Positions 16,987-28,617 of a stretch of 61,334 nucleotides of DNA are shown piece after piece. The DNA is taken from assembly GCA_964507285.1 (NCBI GenBank), contig CAZDPH010000001.1:1-61334 (forward strand), read 5' to 3'. The notes under the pieces were generated by a model that made no database searches, was not told the origin of the DNA, and saw only the letters and a program-made list of their open reading frames with translations. Origin of the DNA: an uncultured Staphylococcaceae bacterium (GTDB taxonomy: Bacteria; Bacillota_I; Bacilli_A; RFN20; CAG-826). Numbering within the stretch: the first letter of the stretch is position 1; each line of letters begins with the position of its first letter. The position numbers were made by a program, and so were the translations under genes.

Positions 16987-18890
16987 TATTTAACCTCAAT
17001 ACGTTTTTCATCTTCTCCAAAGATAAAGAACTTGCCTGGTTTTAATCCTAATTTGATATCCCCAATATGTTCTTTTTGTTCATCTTGAATGATAACTTTG
17101 AAATTTTCCTTAGTGCAATTATCATTTAAACAAATTAGAGATAAGTCTCTTCCTAAAACTTGAATTGAATCGCATTTTGCTTTTAAAGAACATTCAGCAT
17201 CATTTTCTAATACTTCAAATCCTTCTGGTCTAATAGCAACAAATACTTTTTGATTTTCTAATTGATTTGATGCTTTATATACTAAATCGTTTCCAATATA
17301 AATTCCATTATCTTTAATTTCACCATTAAAAACATTAATTGGAGGAGTTCCTAAGAATTGAGCAACGAATAAGTTTGTAGGATTATTATAAACTTCTTGA
17401 GGGGAATCCATTTGTTGGAATTCACCAAGTTTCATAACAACAATTTGATCACTAATTGACATAGCTTCTTCTTGGTCATGAGTAACGAAAACAGTAGTAA
17501 TTCCTGTATCGCGTTGAATTCTTCTAATTTCTTCTCTAGTTTTTAATCTTAAACGAGCATCTAAGTTACTTAAAGGTTCGTCAAGTAATAAAACTTTTGG
17601 ACGTTTAACTAAAGCTCTTGCAATAGCAACTCTTTGTTGTTGACCACCACTCATTTGAGATGGTTTTCTATCTAAATATTCATCAACTTGAACAAGTTTT
17701 GCAGTTTCTAAAACAATTTTTCTTCTTTCTTCTTTAGTTAATAATCTATAAGCTAAAGCAGGAATCTTTTTAATTTCAACTTGATCAGTATTTAATAATG
17801 ATTTTAAACAATTTTCAACTTCAGAGATTTTAGAGTCTGTAATCTTTTTAACTTTAAAGAATAATTTAATTCCATCTTCAGAATTAAAGACTTTTAAGTC
17901 TTTATGTTTTACACTAATTTTCTTTAACTCATTCTTAATTAATTTATCAATATAATCAACTTTAAATTCTGATACTTTTAATTGTTCATTTTTTAAAGGA
18001 TATTTACTATTTAAACTTATTTTTAATGAATTAATATCACTTGCTTTTGAATAGTCAAATTGGGAGAACATTACATAGTTTCCGTTAACTTCACTAATAA
18101 CAAATGAAGTTAATTTAACACCATTACCTTTAAACATTGATTGAATTTCATGAGAATAATCATTTAATTCATTTTCATTAAGTTTACCATTAAATTCATA
18201 TGATAAACTTCCTTTATAAATTTGTTTAGATTCTTCAATTTCAAATTTACTTCTAAAAGAAACATCAAATAAAGCTTCTTGAGTTTGAATAACTTCAGGA
18301 GCACCAACTTCAAATGCAACAACTTTAGTAATATTTTCTAAAAATAATTTAGCATTTCCTTCACTTACATTTTTAAGTTCACAATCAATAGATAAAAGTT
18401 TATCAGAAACACTTTCTTTTAATAAAATATTTTTTAAACCTAATTTACTTCCTAATGAATGTAAAGATTTAACAATTCCACTTGGAATATCGCTTTCATC
18501 TAATTGATATTCTAATTTAAATTTATAATCATAGAAATTTTCTAATGGTACTTCAACTTTTAAATTAGTTAATGGAAATTCGATATTTTTATATACTGTC
18601 ATATGAGGATATAAAGCGTAGTTTTGGAAAACTAAGCCAATGCCTCTTTTTTCAGCAGCTAAATTAGTAACTTCTTCATCTCCAAACCAAATTTCTCCGC
18701 TTGTTGGATTTTCAAGTCCTGAAAGCATATATAAAGTAGTAGATTTACCACATCCAGAAGGACCAAGTAAACCAATTAATTTTCCATCAGGAATTGTAAT
18801 ATCAAGATTGTTAACAGCAACAGTATCTTTTCTATGTTTTTTTGGATCTCCAGGGAAGACTTTTGTTAAATTTTTAATTCTAATTTCCAT
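16986..18890 (-). CDS. ABC importer ATP-binding protein (MalK/UgpC-like) with an insertion of about 270 aa in the helical subdomain
   Basis: Walker A GPSGCGKST. Q-loop region LVFQNYALYPHMTVYKNIEFPL. About 270 extra residues follow (112-383). Then LDRKPSQMSGGQQQRVAIARALV (signature), LLLDEPLSNLD (Walker B), the H-loop TVFVTHD and a C-terminal TOBE-like tail. The stop overlaps the start of the next gene. Confidence 0.85.
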   Translation of the reverse strand: MEIRIKNLTKVFPGDPKKHRKDTVAVNNLDITIPDGKLIGLLGPSGCGKSTTLYMLSGLENPTSGEIWFGDEEVTNLAAEKRGIGLVFQNYALYPHMTVYKNIEFPLTNLKVEVPLENFYDYKFKLEYQLDESDIPSGIVKSLHSLGSKLGLKNILLKESVSDKLLSIDCELKNVSEGNAKLFLENITKVVAFEVGAPEVIQTQEALFDVSFRSKFEIEESKQIYKGSLSYEFNGKLNENELNDYSHEIQSMFKGNGVKLTSFVISEVNGNYVMFSQFDYSKASDINSLKISLNSKYPLKNEQLKVSEFKVDYIDKLIKNELKKISVKHKDLKVFNSEDGIKLFFKVKKITDSKISEVENCLKSLLNTDQVEIKKIPALAYRLLTKEERRKIVLETAKLVQVDEYLDRKPSQMSGGQQQRVAIARALVKRPKVLLLDEPLSNLDARLRLKTREEIRRIQRDTGITTVFVTHDQEEAMSISDQIVVMKLGEFQQMDSPQEVYNNPTNLFVAQFLGTPPINVFNGEIKDNGIYIGNDLVYKASNQLENQKVFVAIRPEGFEVLENDAECSLKAKCDSIQVLGRDLSLICLNDNCTKENFKVIIQDEQKEHIGDIKLGLKPGKFFIFGEDEKRIEVK

Positions 18891-18911
18891 AAATTATCTC
18901 CATTTTATTTA

Positions 18912-20453
18912 TTAATTTGTACCATCATCGCTAGTTTCAGCATTTAAATGTAATCTTTCACGAGCTTTCTTTTCTTTATAGCTCTTGTATGAGTTATAGT
19001 AGTATTTAATAAAATAACCACCTAGGCAAATACAAATAACACTAGCAACAAATATAATTGAATCAAGAGGATTAAATACAGTTAAAGAATTATTAAACCC
19101 TGTTGAACGAGCAAAGATATATAATATATCAACAAGTAAAGCTTCTAAGAAAATAACTCCTAAAGTATTAACTTTAATAAACTGTTTCTTATTTAAAACT
19201 TTAAATTCGCTCTTTTTATCTTTGTTTTTTAAATGTAAATAATAAATATATGCAACTACAACATAAATAACTAAAAGTGCAATAGTGAAAATAACAAATA
19301 TTTTATTATAATTAGTAACTTTTGAAGTACTTACTTTATTTACAACAATGTTACCACTATTATCTAAAACATCTTGCATTTTGAAATCGAAAATAGCAAA
19401 TCTAGTAGTAACTGTACTACGAGCAACAATTTTACTTGTTGTAGTATTAAATAATTCTACTGATACTGATGCAGCATGAATTCTAAATGATTTAATATCT
19501 TTAGCTTTAAATTGTTCAAGAATAAAAACAGATTCATTTTCATCATTAAAATATTTTAAATCACCAGTAGTAGTTTTAATTACAACTTCTTCGTTATTAC
19601 TATTAACTACTTTTAAATAACTATCTCCACCTAATGAAATTCTTGTTCTAATTTTAACTGTTCCATTTTCGATATTATCTTTATTTTTAGTATATAAACT
19701 TAAAGCAACATCACCTAAAGCACCATTTGAATAAAGCTCTTTTCCATAATTTGTAGTTTTTACAGTGATTGCTAAGTAATCTTCATATTCAGCAAAAGAT
19801 TTAAATTCTAAATCTAAGAAATCACTTAAATCTCTTGATACAAATGATTTTGCTTCACTAGTTTCAAAGCAAACTGGTTTATCTAAAATAGGAGCTCTGC
19901 TAATGAGTAACCCACTATCATCAAATTTTAAATCTGCTTTATAACAATCAATTAATTTAACACTTGAAGTATCAATTTTATAAGTTCCTGAGAGTTCAAT
20001 ATCACAATAACCAATAAAACTTGTAGATCCTAAATAACTTCCAATACCATGATTAGATTTTTGAACAATAGAAGTTGAATAAGTACCTAAAAAAGCATTT
20101 TTTTCATTATAAACATCATATTCTAATTTAGCAGTATAATTATTTCCATCCTCATAGTAACCAATATAGTAATTAGCGTCACTATTTCCTAAAGCAACTC
20201 TAAATTGAATTGAATGAGATACTGTTGTTCTTGTATAACTTGTTAAAGTAACAGTTAAATCATCGCTTAATGTAGATTCACTATTAACTTCATAATTATT
20301 AACGCTCAAAGAAGAAGCATTAGTATTTGAAGAAGAACCTACACTATTAGTTGGCTTAGAAAAACTGCATAGAGTTGTAAATGCAATCAAACTAGAAATA
20401 GCCTTAAAAATTAACCCACTTTTCATACTATAAATATTATAAATTGTTTTCAA
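18912..20453 (-). CDS. Membrane protein of unknown function (large extracytoplasmic N-domain, three C-terminal TM helices)
   Basis: First gene of the tightly spaced minus-strand cluster. The track start at 20453 is a TTG; an alternative ATG lies at 20426. I recognise no motifs. Confidence 0.55.
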   Translation of the reverse strand: MKTIYNIYSMKSGLIFKAISSLIAFTTLCSFSKPTNSVGSSSNTNASSLSVNNYEVNSESTLSDDLTVTLTSYTRTTVSHSIQFRVALGNSDANYYIGYYEDGNNYTAKLEYDVYNEKNAFLGTYSTSIVQKSNHGIGSYLGSTSFIGYCDIELSGTYKIDTSSVKLIDCYKADLKFDDSGLLISRAPILDKPVCFETSEAKSFVSRDLSDFLDLEFKSFAEYEDYLAITVKTTNYGKELYSNGALGDVALSLYTKNKDNIENGTVKIRTRISLGGDSYLKVVNSNNEEVVIKTTTGDLKYFNDENESVFILEQFKAKDIKSFRIHAASVSVELFNTTTSKIVARSTVTTRFAIFDFKMQDVLDNSGNIVVNKVSTSKVTNYNKIFVIFTIALLVIYVVVAYIYYLHLKNKDKKSEFKVLNKKQFIKVNTLGVIFLEALLVDILYIFARSTGFNNSLTVFNPLDSIIFVASVICICLGGYFIKYYYNSYKSYKEKKARERLHLNAETSDDGTN

Positions 20454-20619
20454 ATGATATTCAATAAATTAAAATTCATTGAAAATTAATTATCTTATTT
20501 AACAAAATTTAATTATTAAAAATGATAGATTTTCTATCAATTTTAATTAAATTTCTTTATTTTTTTCTTATATATAATTTAAAATCTTAATATTATTTTA
20601 ATATTTTAAAATCATAAAT

Positions 20620-20648
20620 AAAAAAAGCCTTTATTAAAAAATAAAGAC
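20620..20648 (-). terminator. Rho-independent terminator after the collagen-repeat genes
   Basis: Minus strand reads gtctttattttttaataaaggcttttttt: a 9-bp stem with one G-U pair, followed by a T-run. Confidence 0.55.
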
Positions 20649-20661
20649 TTTCATTTAAAAA

Positions 20662-23408
<2,747 letters not shown>

Positions 23409-23562
23409 TAATTATAAAGTCGCGAAGAAAAATATATCATAAAAGTTATTTATTAAGCAAATAATTTAAAACTATTTTTGTAAGATTTATAAAATAAATT
23501 TTTACTTAAAAACATTTAATAATAATTAGGATTTTTATTTAATATCTAATAAAATATTTACT

Positions 23563-24642
23563 ATGAGCGAAAATAAAACTTTAGATATATTTCCAACAGG
23601 TAAATTTAAAAGAATATTAACATTTCTAGGTGATTTATTATTATTTTATATTTTAACAGTCTCTATGTTTCAACTTGTAGTTTTTAATATTGCAAGTGCA
23701 TGTACTAATTATTCTTCTAGATTAGAAAATAATCTTCAAACAATTAATTCAAGAATGAATATTCTTTATAATAATGAATTATTATTTTATGATGAATCAA
23801 ATAAATATAGTTTTGATTCTTCATTAGATACTACATTTGATTATTTTTTAAGAAGTTATGTAATTAAAGACACTAAAGATCCTATTATGCATTATTTTAA
23901 TGATTTAGATAACAATAAAAATTTAAATGAAGTATTTAATAAATATAATGAACTTGGAAATGAATATTTTAATATTAATAATAATGAAATAACTTTAAAA
24001 GATGAATATTTAGATTATTTTAAACCATATTTTGATACTACTGATTCATTAAGTTCTCTAGGAAGAAAATATCTTTCTACATTTAGAAGTAAAACATTTG
24101 TATCTTTATATAATTATATGTTAGAAGATATTTTAAAAGATGATTTATCTTTTAATAATTTAAGTTATATTAATTTATCTAATAAAATTAATGAAAATAG
24201 TAATTATAATTTATTATTTAATTCAATAAATATTACTATTTCTTTTATTATTTCTTTTTTAATTTATTATGTATTAATTCCTTTATTATTTAAAGATAGA
24301 TCTACTTTAGTAGAACATGTTTTAAAAGAAAAAAGAATTGATCTTAATTCATTTGAATTTTTAAAAAGAAGAAATTACATAGTAATTATTGCAAATAATT
24401 TATTAATGTCTTTATCTACTATATTCTTTATAGGAATTATTTATATGGGTTTTTATTCATTATTTAATTATATGCATTTTTTAATTATTTCAATATTATC
24501 TATAGTATTTATATTAATAAATTTATTTATTTTATTATTTAATCCATTTAATAAAACATTAAAAGAATTAAGTACTAAAACAATTTTAATCTCTCAAGAA
24601 TCATTAGAAGAAATTTATAGGAGTAAGGGATATGGAGAATAA
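23563..24642 (+). CDS. Polytopic membrane protein, tentatively RDD-family-like
   Basis: N-terminal KRILTFLGDLLLFYILTV TM segment, a hydrophilic Asn/Tyr-rich central domain, and C-terminal TM helices. Confidence 0.5.
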   Translation: MSENKTLDIFPTGKFKRILTFLGDLLLFYILTVSMFQLVVFNIASACTNYSSRLENNLQTINSRMNILYNNELLFYDESNKYSFDSSLDTTFDYFLRSYVIKDTKDPIMHYFNDLDNNKNLNEVFNKYNELGNEYFNINNNEITLKDEYLDYFKPYFDTTDSLSSLGRKYLSTFRSKTFVSLYNYMLEDILKDDLSFNNLSYINLSNKINENSNYNLLFNSINITISFIISFLIYYVLIPLLFKDRSTLVEHVLKEKRIDLNSFEFLKRRNYIVIIANNLLMSLSTIFFIGIIYMGFYSLFNYMHFLIISILSIVFILINLFILLFNPFNKTLKELSTKTILISQESLEEIYRSKGYGE

Positions 24643-25621
24643 TGAAATTATTGAAATTGCGTATACTAGACCTAAATTAACAAGAAGATTATTTTCTAGA
24701 ATTGTAGATGGTTTTTTATTATTTTTACTATCTTTAATTTGCTTTGTATCTATTAATTCTATTTATTCTACAATTCCTTCATACCAAAATACTAAAACTA
24801 ATTTAGATGAAATTAGACTTAATTCTTCTTTATATGTTAAAAAAACTAATGATACTATCGTTAATGTTTCTACATTTATTTATCAAGATTCAAAAATGTC
24901 TTCATCTCAAAAAGAAGAATATTTATTAACACATTTATCTAATTTCTTTGATTATTTAAAAAATTATAATGAATCTAGTTATTTAAAAGCTAAAAACTCT
25001 TATGATGAATTTAGATTAAAAGATTCTTTAAAATATAATGATTATCCTTTATTTATTAAAGATAATAATTCAAATATTATTAAAAATACATCCTATTCAA
25101 TTCCTATCTCTACTTATATTGATTCTTGTTACACAGTATTTATTGATACATATTGTAATGGATATCTTTCAAGTGAAATAAAAGAATATTATGAAGGAAT
25201 TAAATATATTCAAGCATTAACATTCTTTGTTAATATTCCTATTTCAGTTTTTATTTCTTCATTAATTGTATTTTTTATTCCTCCATTTATTTTTAAAAAA
25301 GGAAGAAAAACAATTGGAATGTTAATATATCATATAGGTTTTGTTAATTCATCTTTATTTAATTTAAGTATTAAACAATATTTAATTAAGTTTCTTACTT
25401 TTTATTTTTTAGAATTTTTACTTTCTATATTTACATTTGGAATTCCGTTATTTATTTCATTAACAATGATGTTAGTAACTAAGAAAAAACAAAACTTTAA
25501 TGAATATATTTTAAATATTCAAGAAGTATCTACTAGTGATTCTACTATTTATAATGATAAAACAGAAATTATTGTAGAAAGTAATGATTCAAGTAATAAT
25601 GTTGATTTCCATTTACGTTAA
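24632..25621 (+). CDS. Polytopic membrane protein, tentatively RDD-family-like (same architecture as the upstream gene)
   Basis: Overlaps the upstream gene by 11 nt. RRLFSRIVDGFLLFLLSL is an RDD-like N-terminal segment. The layout matches 23563..24642. Confidence 0.5.
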   Translation: MENNEIIEIAYTRPKLTRRLFSRIVDGFLLFLLSLICFVSINSIYSTIPSYQNTKTNLDEIRLNSSLYVKKTNDTIVNVSTFIYQDSKMSSSQKEEYLLTHLSNFFDYLKNYNESSYLKAKNSYDEFRLKDSLKYNDYPLFIKDNNSNIIKNTSYSIPISTYIDSCYTVFIDTYCNGYLSSEIKEYYEGIKYIQALTFFVNIPISVFISSLIVFFIPPFIFKKGRKTIGMLIYHIGFVNSSLFNLSIKQYLIKFLTFYFLEFLLSIFTFGIPLFISLTMMLVTKKKQNFNEYILNIQEVSTSDSTIYNDKTEIIVESNDSSNNVDFHLR

Positions 25622-25632
25622 TTAATATAAAA

Positions 25633-25653
25633 ATCGTCAATTTAATTGACGAT
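25633..25653. terminator. Bidirectional terminator between convergent genes
   Basis: aaaATCGTCAAtttaaTTGACGATtttatttt: 8-bp stem flanked by an A-run and a T-run. Confidence 0.6.
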
Positions 25654-25662
25654 TTTATTTTA

Positions 25663-26973
25663 TTAAATATTACTTAACCATTTATTAATTTCACTATAAT
25701 CATCTACCCAGATAGTAATTAAATCATAAGTAAAGAAATAATTAGTAACATCTTTTAAAGTTGAATCTTTATATCCTTTTTCTTTTTTCATAAATATAAA
25801 ATTAAATTTTAAATAATTAGATGCTACTTCTAGTAATCTTTTCATATTAGGATCTGTTAAAGAAATACCTACAAATACACAACACTTAAAAGTAAAATCA
25901 TGTAATTGTTTAGATATATTCCATGAATATGGATTATTATATAAATAATAATAATCAGATTCATTAAATATTAAAGAATTAACAAATCTAGATTCATTAT
26001 ATTTATTATATGGTAATAATCCATGAACATGATAAATATTAATAGATGAATTATCTTTACTTGTAAATGCAAATTCATCATAGATAGTATTATAAATAAT
26101 TTCTTTTTTTCTTAATAAATATTCTAAATTAGTATCATAATTATAAGTAATTACTTCAGTGTCTTTATGTGATTCTAAATATTCTACTAAAGCATATAAA
26201 CTAGTTTCAGTAGTAGAAAAACTCTTTTTATTTTCATCATTAAAATTAACTAAATATATTTCATTATTTAATTCTTTATAAGTATCAAATCCACTTGTTT
26301 TTAATACTTTTCCATTAACAAATAATTCACTACCTACATAATGTTTTATTTCATTAATTCTTTCTACATCATTATTATAAAAAGTAGAATTTAAAGCGTC
26401 TACTAAACGTTTCCAATCTTTAACTCCATAATCTACATTAATTCCAGCACCTATAACTAAATCAACATTTAATCTATAAGTATATAATTTTAATAAAAAC
26501 ATTATAAATGATTCATTATTATTCTTTTTATTTCTATTTAAATAATATAATAAATCATCACCTAAAAATGATTCTGATTCTTTAGATTTTAAAGTGTATT
26601 CTATTTTTTTACCTTCTATAAATCCTAATGCTAAGAAATTAGAATCATCTAAATAAATATTTAAACTAGCTTCTGGATTATAATAATCATCATTTTTTAA
26701 TGATTTAACTTTAATAAAGTTAACATTTCCCATTATATCTAAACTTTCTAAGTTAACTTTAGATAATGATGAATAAATATGTACGATGTATTTATGTACA
26801 TGATCTTTTTTTGAATTTACAATCACTTTAAAATCACATTTAGGATCAAAATGAAATCCAAATGATCTAAAATTAATATCTTTATAATCAATTCCATTAA
26901 TGTAATAAAGATATAAAAGTACTAATAAGCATTTTTTATTAAATAAATATTTTTCTCTATCTTTTATTTCCAT
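25663..26973 (-). CDS. SIR2_2-type (SIR2-like, DHS-like NAD-binding fold) protein with an N-terminal domain of about 165 aa and unknown type
   Basis: The C-terminal part carries, in order: DLVIGAGINVDYGVKDW (residues 171-187), VITYNYDTNLE (274-284), NIYHVHG (312-318), LIFNESDY (334-341) and CVFVGISLTDPNMKRLL (365-381). This is the SIR2_2 motif order. There is no SD before the ATG. The gene is monocistronic, with its own terminator and a 221-bp upstream gap. Confidence 0.7.
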   Translation of the reverse strand: MEIKDREKYLFNKKCLLVLLYLYYINGIDYKDINFRSFGFHFDPKCDFKVIVNSKKDHVHKYIVHIYSSLSKVNLESLDIMGNVNFIKVKSLKNDDYYNPEASLNIYLDDSNFLALGFIEGKKIEYTLKSKESESFLGDDLLYYLNRNKKNNNESFIMFLLKLYTYRLNVDLVIGAGINVDYGVKDWKRLVDALNSTFYNNDVERINEIKHYVGSELFVNGKVLKTSGFDTYKELNNEIYLVNFNDENKKSFSTTETSLYALVEYLESHKDTEVITYNYDTNLEYLLRKKEIIYNTIYDEFAFTSKDNSSINIYHVHGLLPYNKYNESRFVNSLIFNESDYYYLYNNPYSWNISKQLHDFTFKCCVFVGISLTDPNMKRLLEVASNYLKFNFIFMKKEKGYKDSTLKDVTNYFFTYDLITIWVDDYSEINKWLSNI

Positions 26974-27194
26974 TCTATTATTTTAAAAAATTATTAATTT
27001 AATTTAAAGAATTTTAATAATTAATATTTAAAATTTATACATCATATTTTACTCGGATTAAATTTAGTCAATTTTTTCCGAGTAAACTTATTCACTAAAA
27101 TAGTAAATTGAAATTATATCTAAGACAGGTTTTAATATTACTAAAAAAGAAAATAAAAATTAAATTTTTATAACATTAGATGACATGTATAAAA

Positions 27195-28109
27195 TTAATG
27201 TTTAATTAAAACATTTTTAATATCATCTGATCCATAAATTACATTAGATAATTTATTATTCTTAACATAATATAAAGAAGGAACATATTTAAATGGAGTG
27301 TTTTTAACTTCATTTACATTATTTGATAAAGCATTTTCTAATTCATTTTTAAAATCATCTAAATTTCCATTACTAATATAATTAAATTTAGATCTATTAT
27401 TTTTACCTTCATCAGTTGCAAAAGATTTCATATCAAATACATAAATATCTAAAGAATGATCATTTAATAAATAATCATATAAATATGTTCTAATTGAAAA
27501 ACAAAAAGGACATTCTTTAAAATAAAGATAAATTGCGTATTCTTTATTGTTTAAAGAATAAAATTTATCTAAATCATCTATATAATAATCCTTAATAATA
27601 TCATAACTTCTAGAATCAAAAGTATTATTAAATAAGTATTTAGGACCTTCATATCCTTCTAAATATTCATATAAAGTGTTAAATTTAATTACAAATAATG
27701 AAGGTACTGATTCTACTAAAGTATCTTTAACAGTTGAAATTGTATTAGATGAATAATATTCACTAGTAGAAGAATAATTAGATGGTAATTCTTTTAAATA
27801 ATCTATATTTTCATCTTTTAATCTATAAGAGTTATATAAATAAACTTTTAATCTTCTAGTTTCATTTTTATAATCTCCTAAATAACCTAAAATTGTATTT
27901 TTTAAATTATTACAAATATCACAATCGGTATTATAAACATATACTGCGTATATATCTTCTTCTTGAGAATATAAATTATTAAAATTATCTAACTTATATT
28001 CATTATAAGTAGAATAATCAATTGAAGGATCTAAATCATATTTAGGAAATATACTAGTACAAGAAGTTAATAGTATTCCTAAAATTAAAAATAAATATCT
28101 TTTTTCCAT
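27195..28109 (-). CDS. Lipoprotein with two tandem thioredoxin-like domains
   Basis: Lipobox LTSC. Internal duplication: YAVYVYNTDCDICNNLKNTILGYL...VPSLFVIKFN and YAIYLYFKECPFCFSIRTYLYDYL...VPSLYYVKNN. Each copy has a CxxC plus the cis-Pro-like VPS. Confidence 0.65.
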   Translation of the reverse strand: MEKRYLFLILGILLTSCTSIFPKYDLDPSIDYSTYNEYKLDNFNNLYSQEEDIYAVYVYNTDCDICNNLKNTILGYLGDYKNETRRLKVYLYNSYRLKDENIDYLKELPSNYSSTSEYYSSNTISTVKDTLVESVPSLFVIKFNTLYEYLEGYEGPKYLFNNTFDSRSYDIIKDYYIDDLDKFYSLNNKEYAIYLYFKECPFCFSIRTYLYDYLLNDHSLDIYVFDMKSFATDEGKNNRSKFNYISNGNLDDFKNELENALSNNVNEVKNTPFKYVPSLYYVKNNKLSNVIYGSDDIKNVLIKH

Positions 28110-28146
28110 ATAAAAGTTATTATAAAGAAATATTTAAATAAATCAA

Positions 28147-28617
28147 TTAATTAGATTTATTCTTAATTAAAGAAGTATAAAAATTGATTTCATCATTATT
28201 AAATACATTCTTTATTTTTTCAATATATCTTTTAAAACCTTTTAAATTAAAAATAATTTCTTCTGAATCATTATCTAATTTATTAAATATAGGGCATAAA
28301 TAAATATTATTATCCAGAGAATATTCATTTAATATTTCTAATATTTTTTCTTTTATTAAATTAAGCTTAATTAAAGGATTTTTAATAGATGTATTTTCAT
28401 CAATTATCCATAATTCATCATTTAATTGATATTTATCTAATGAATAACTATTCGTAATTATCTCAAAAATAAAAATTCCTTTTTTAGTTACAATAATTGC
28501 ATCACATTCTAAATCATCAAATTTAATTTTAGTAATTAAATTTTCCTTTTCATAAAAAGAATTATAAATTTTATTTATTATTTTTTCTTTTTTATCTTTT
28601 GTAAATATTAATCCCAT
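28147..28617 (-). CDS. NERD (nuclease-related domain) protein
   Basis: ECDAIIVTKKGIFIFEIITNSYS...ELWIIDENTSIKNPLIKLNLIKEKILEIL matches the NERD pattern D.i.i...GifviE.K, then W, then NP..Q. The start shares one base with the nudF stop (TAATG). Confidence 0.6.
   Translation of the reverse strand: MGLIFTKDKKEKIINKIYNSFYEKENLITKIKFDDLECDAIIVTKKGIFIFEIITNSYSLDKYQLNDELWIIDENTSIKNPLIKLNLIKEKILEILNEYSLDNNIYLCPIFNKLDNDSEEIIFNLKGFKRYIEKIKNVFNNDEINFYTSLIKNKSN

Noticed and set aside
27050-27084. Inverted repeat TACTCGGA-N19-TCCGAGTA between the thioredoxin-like lipoprotein gene and the SIR2 gene, considered as a terminator or riboswitch-like element.
   Set aside because: The loop is long (19 nt) and there is no T-run on either strand. 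It may overlap a TTGACT -35-like hexamer of the SIR2 promoter, so it could be an operator, but I cannot support a specific function.
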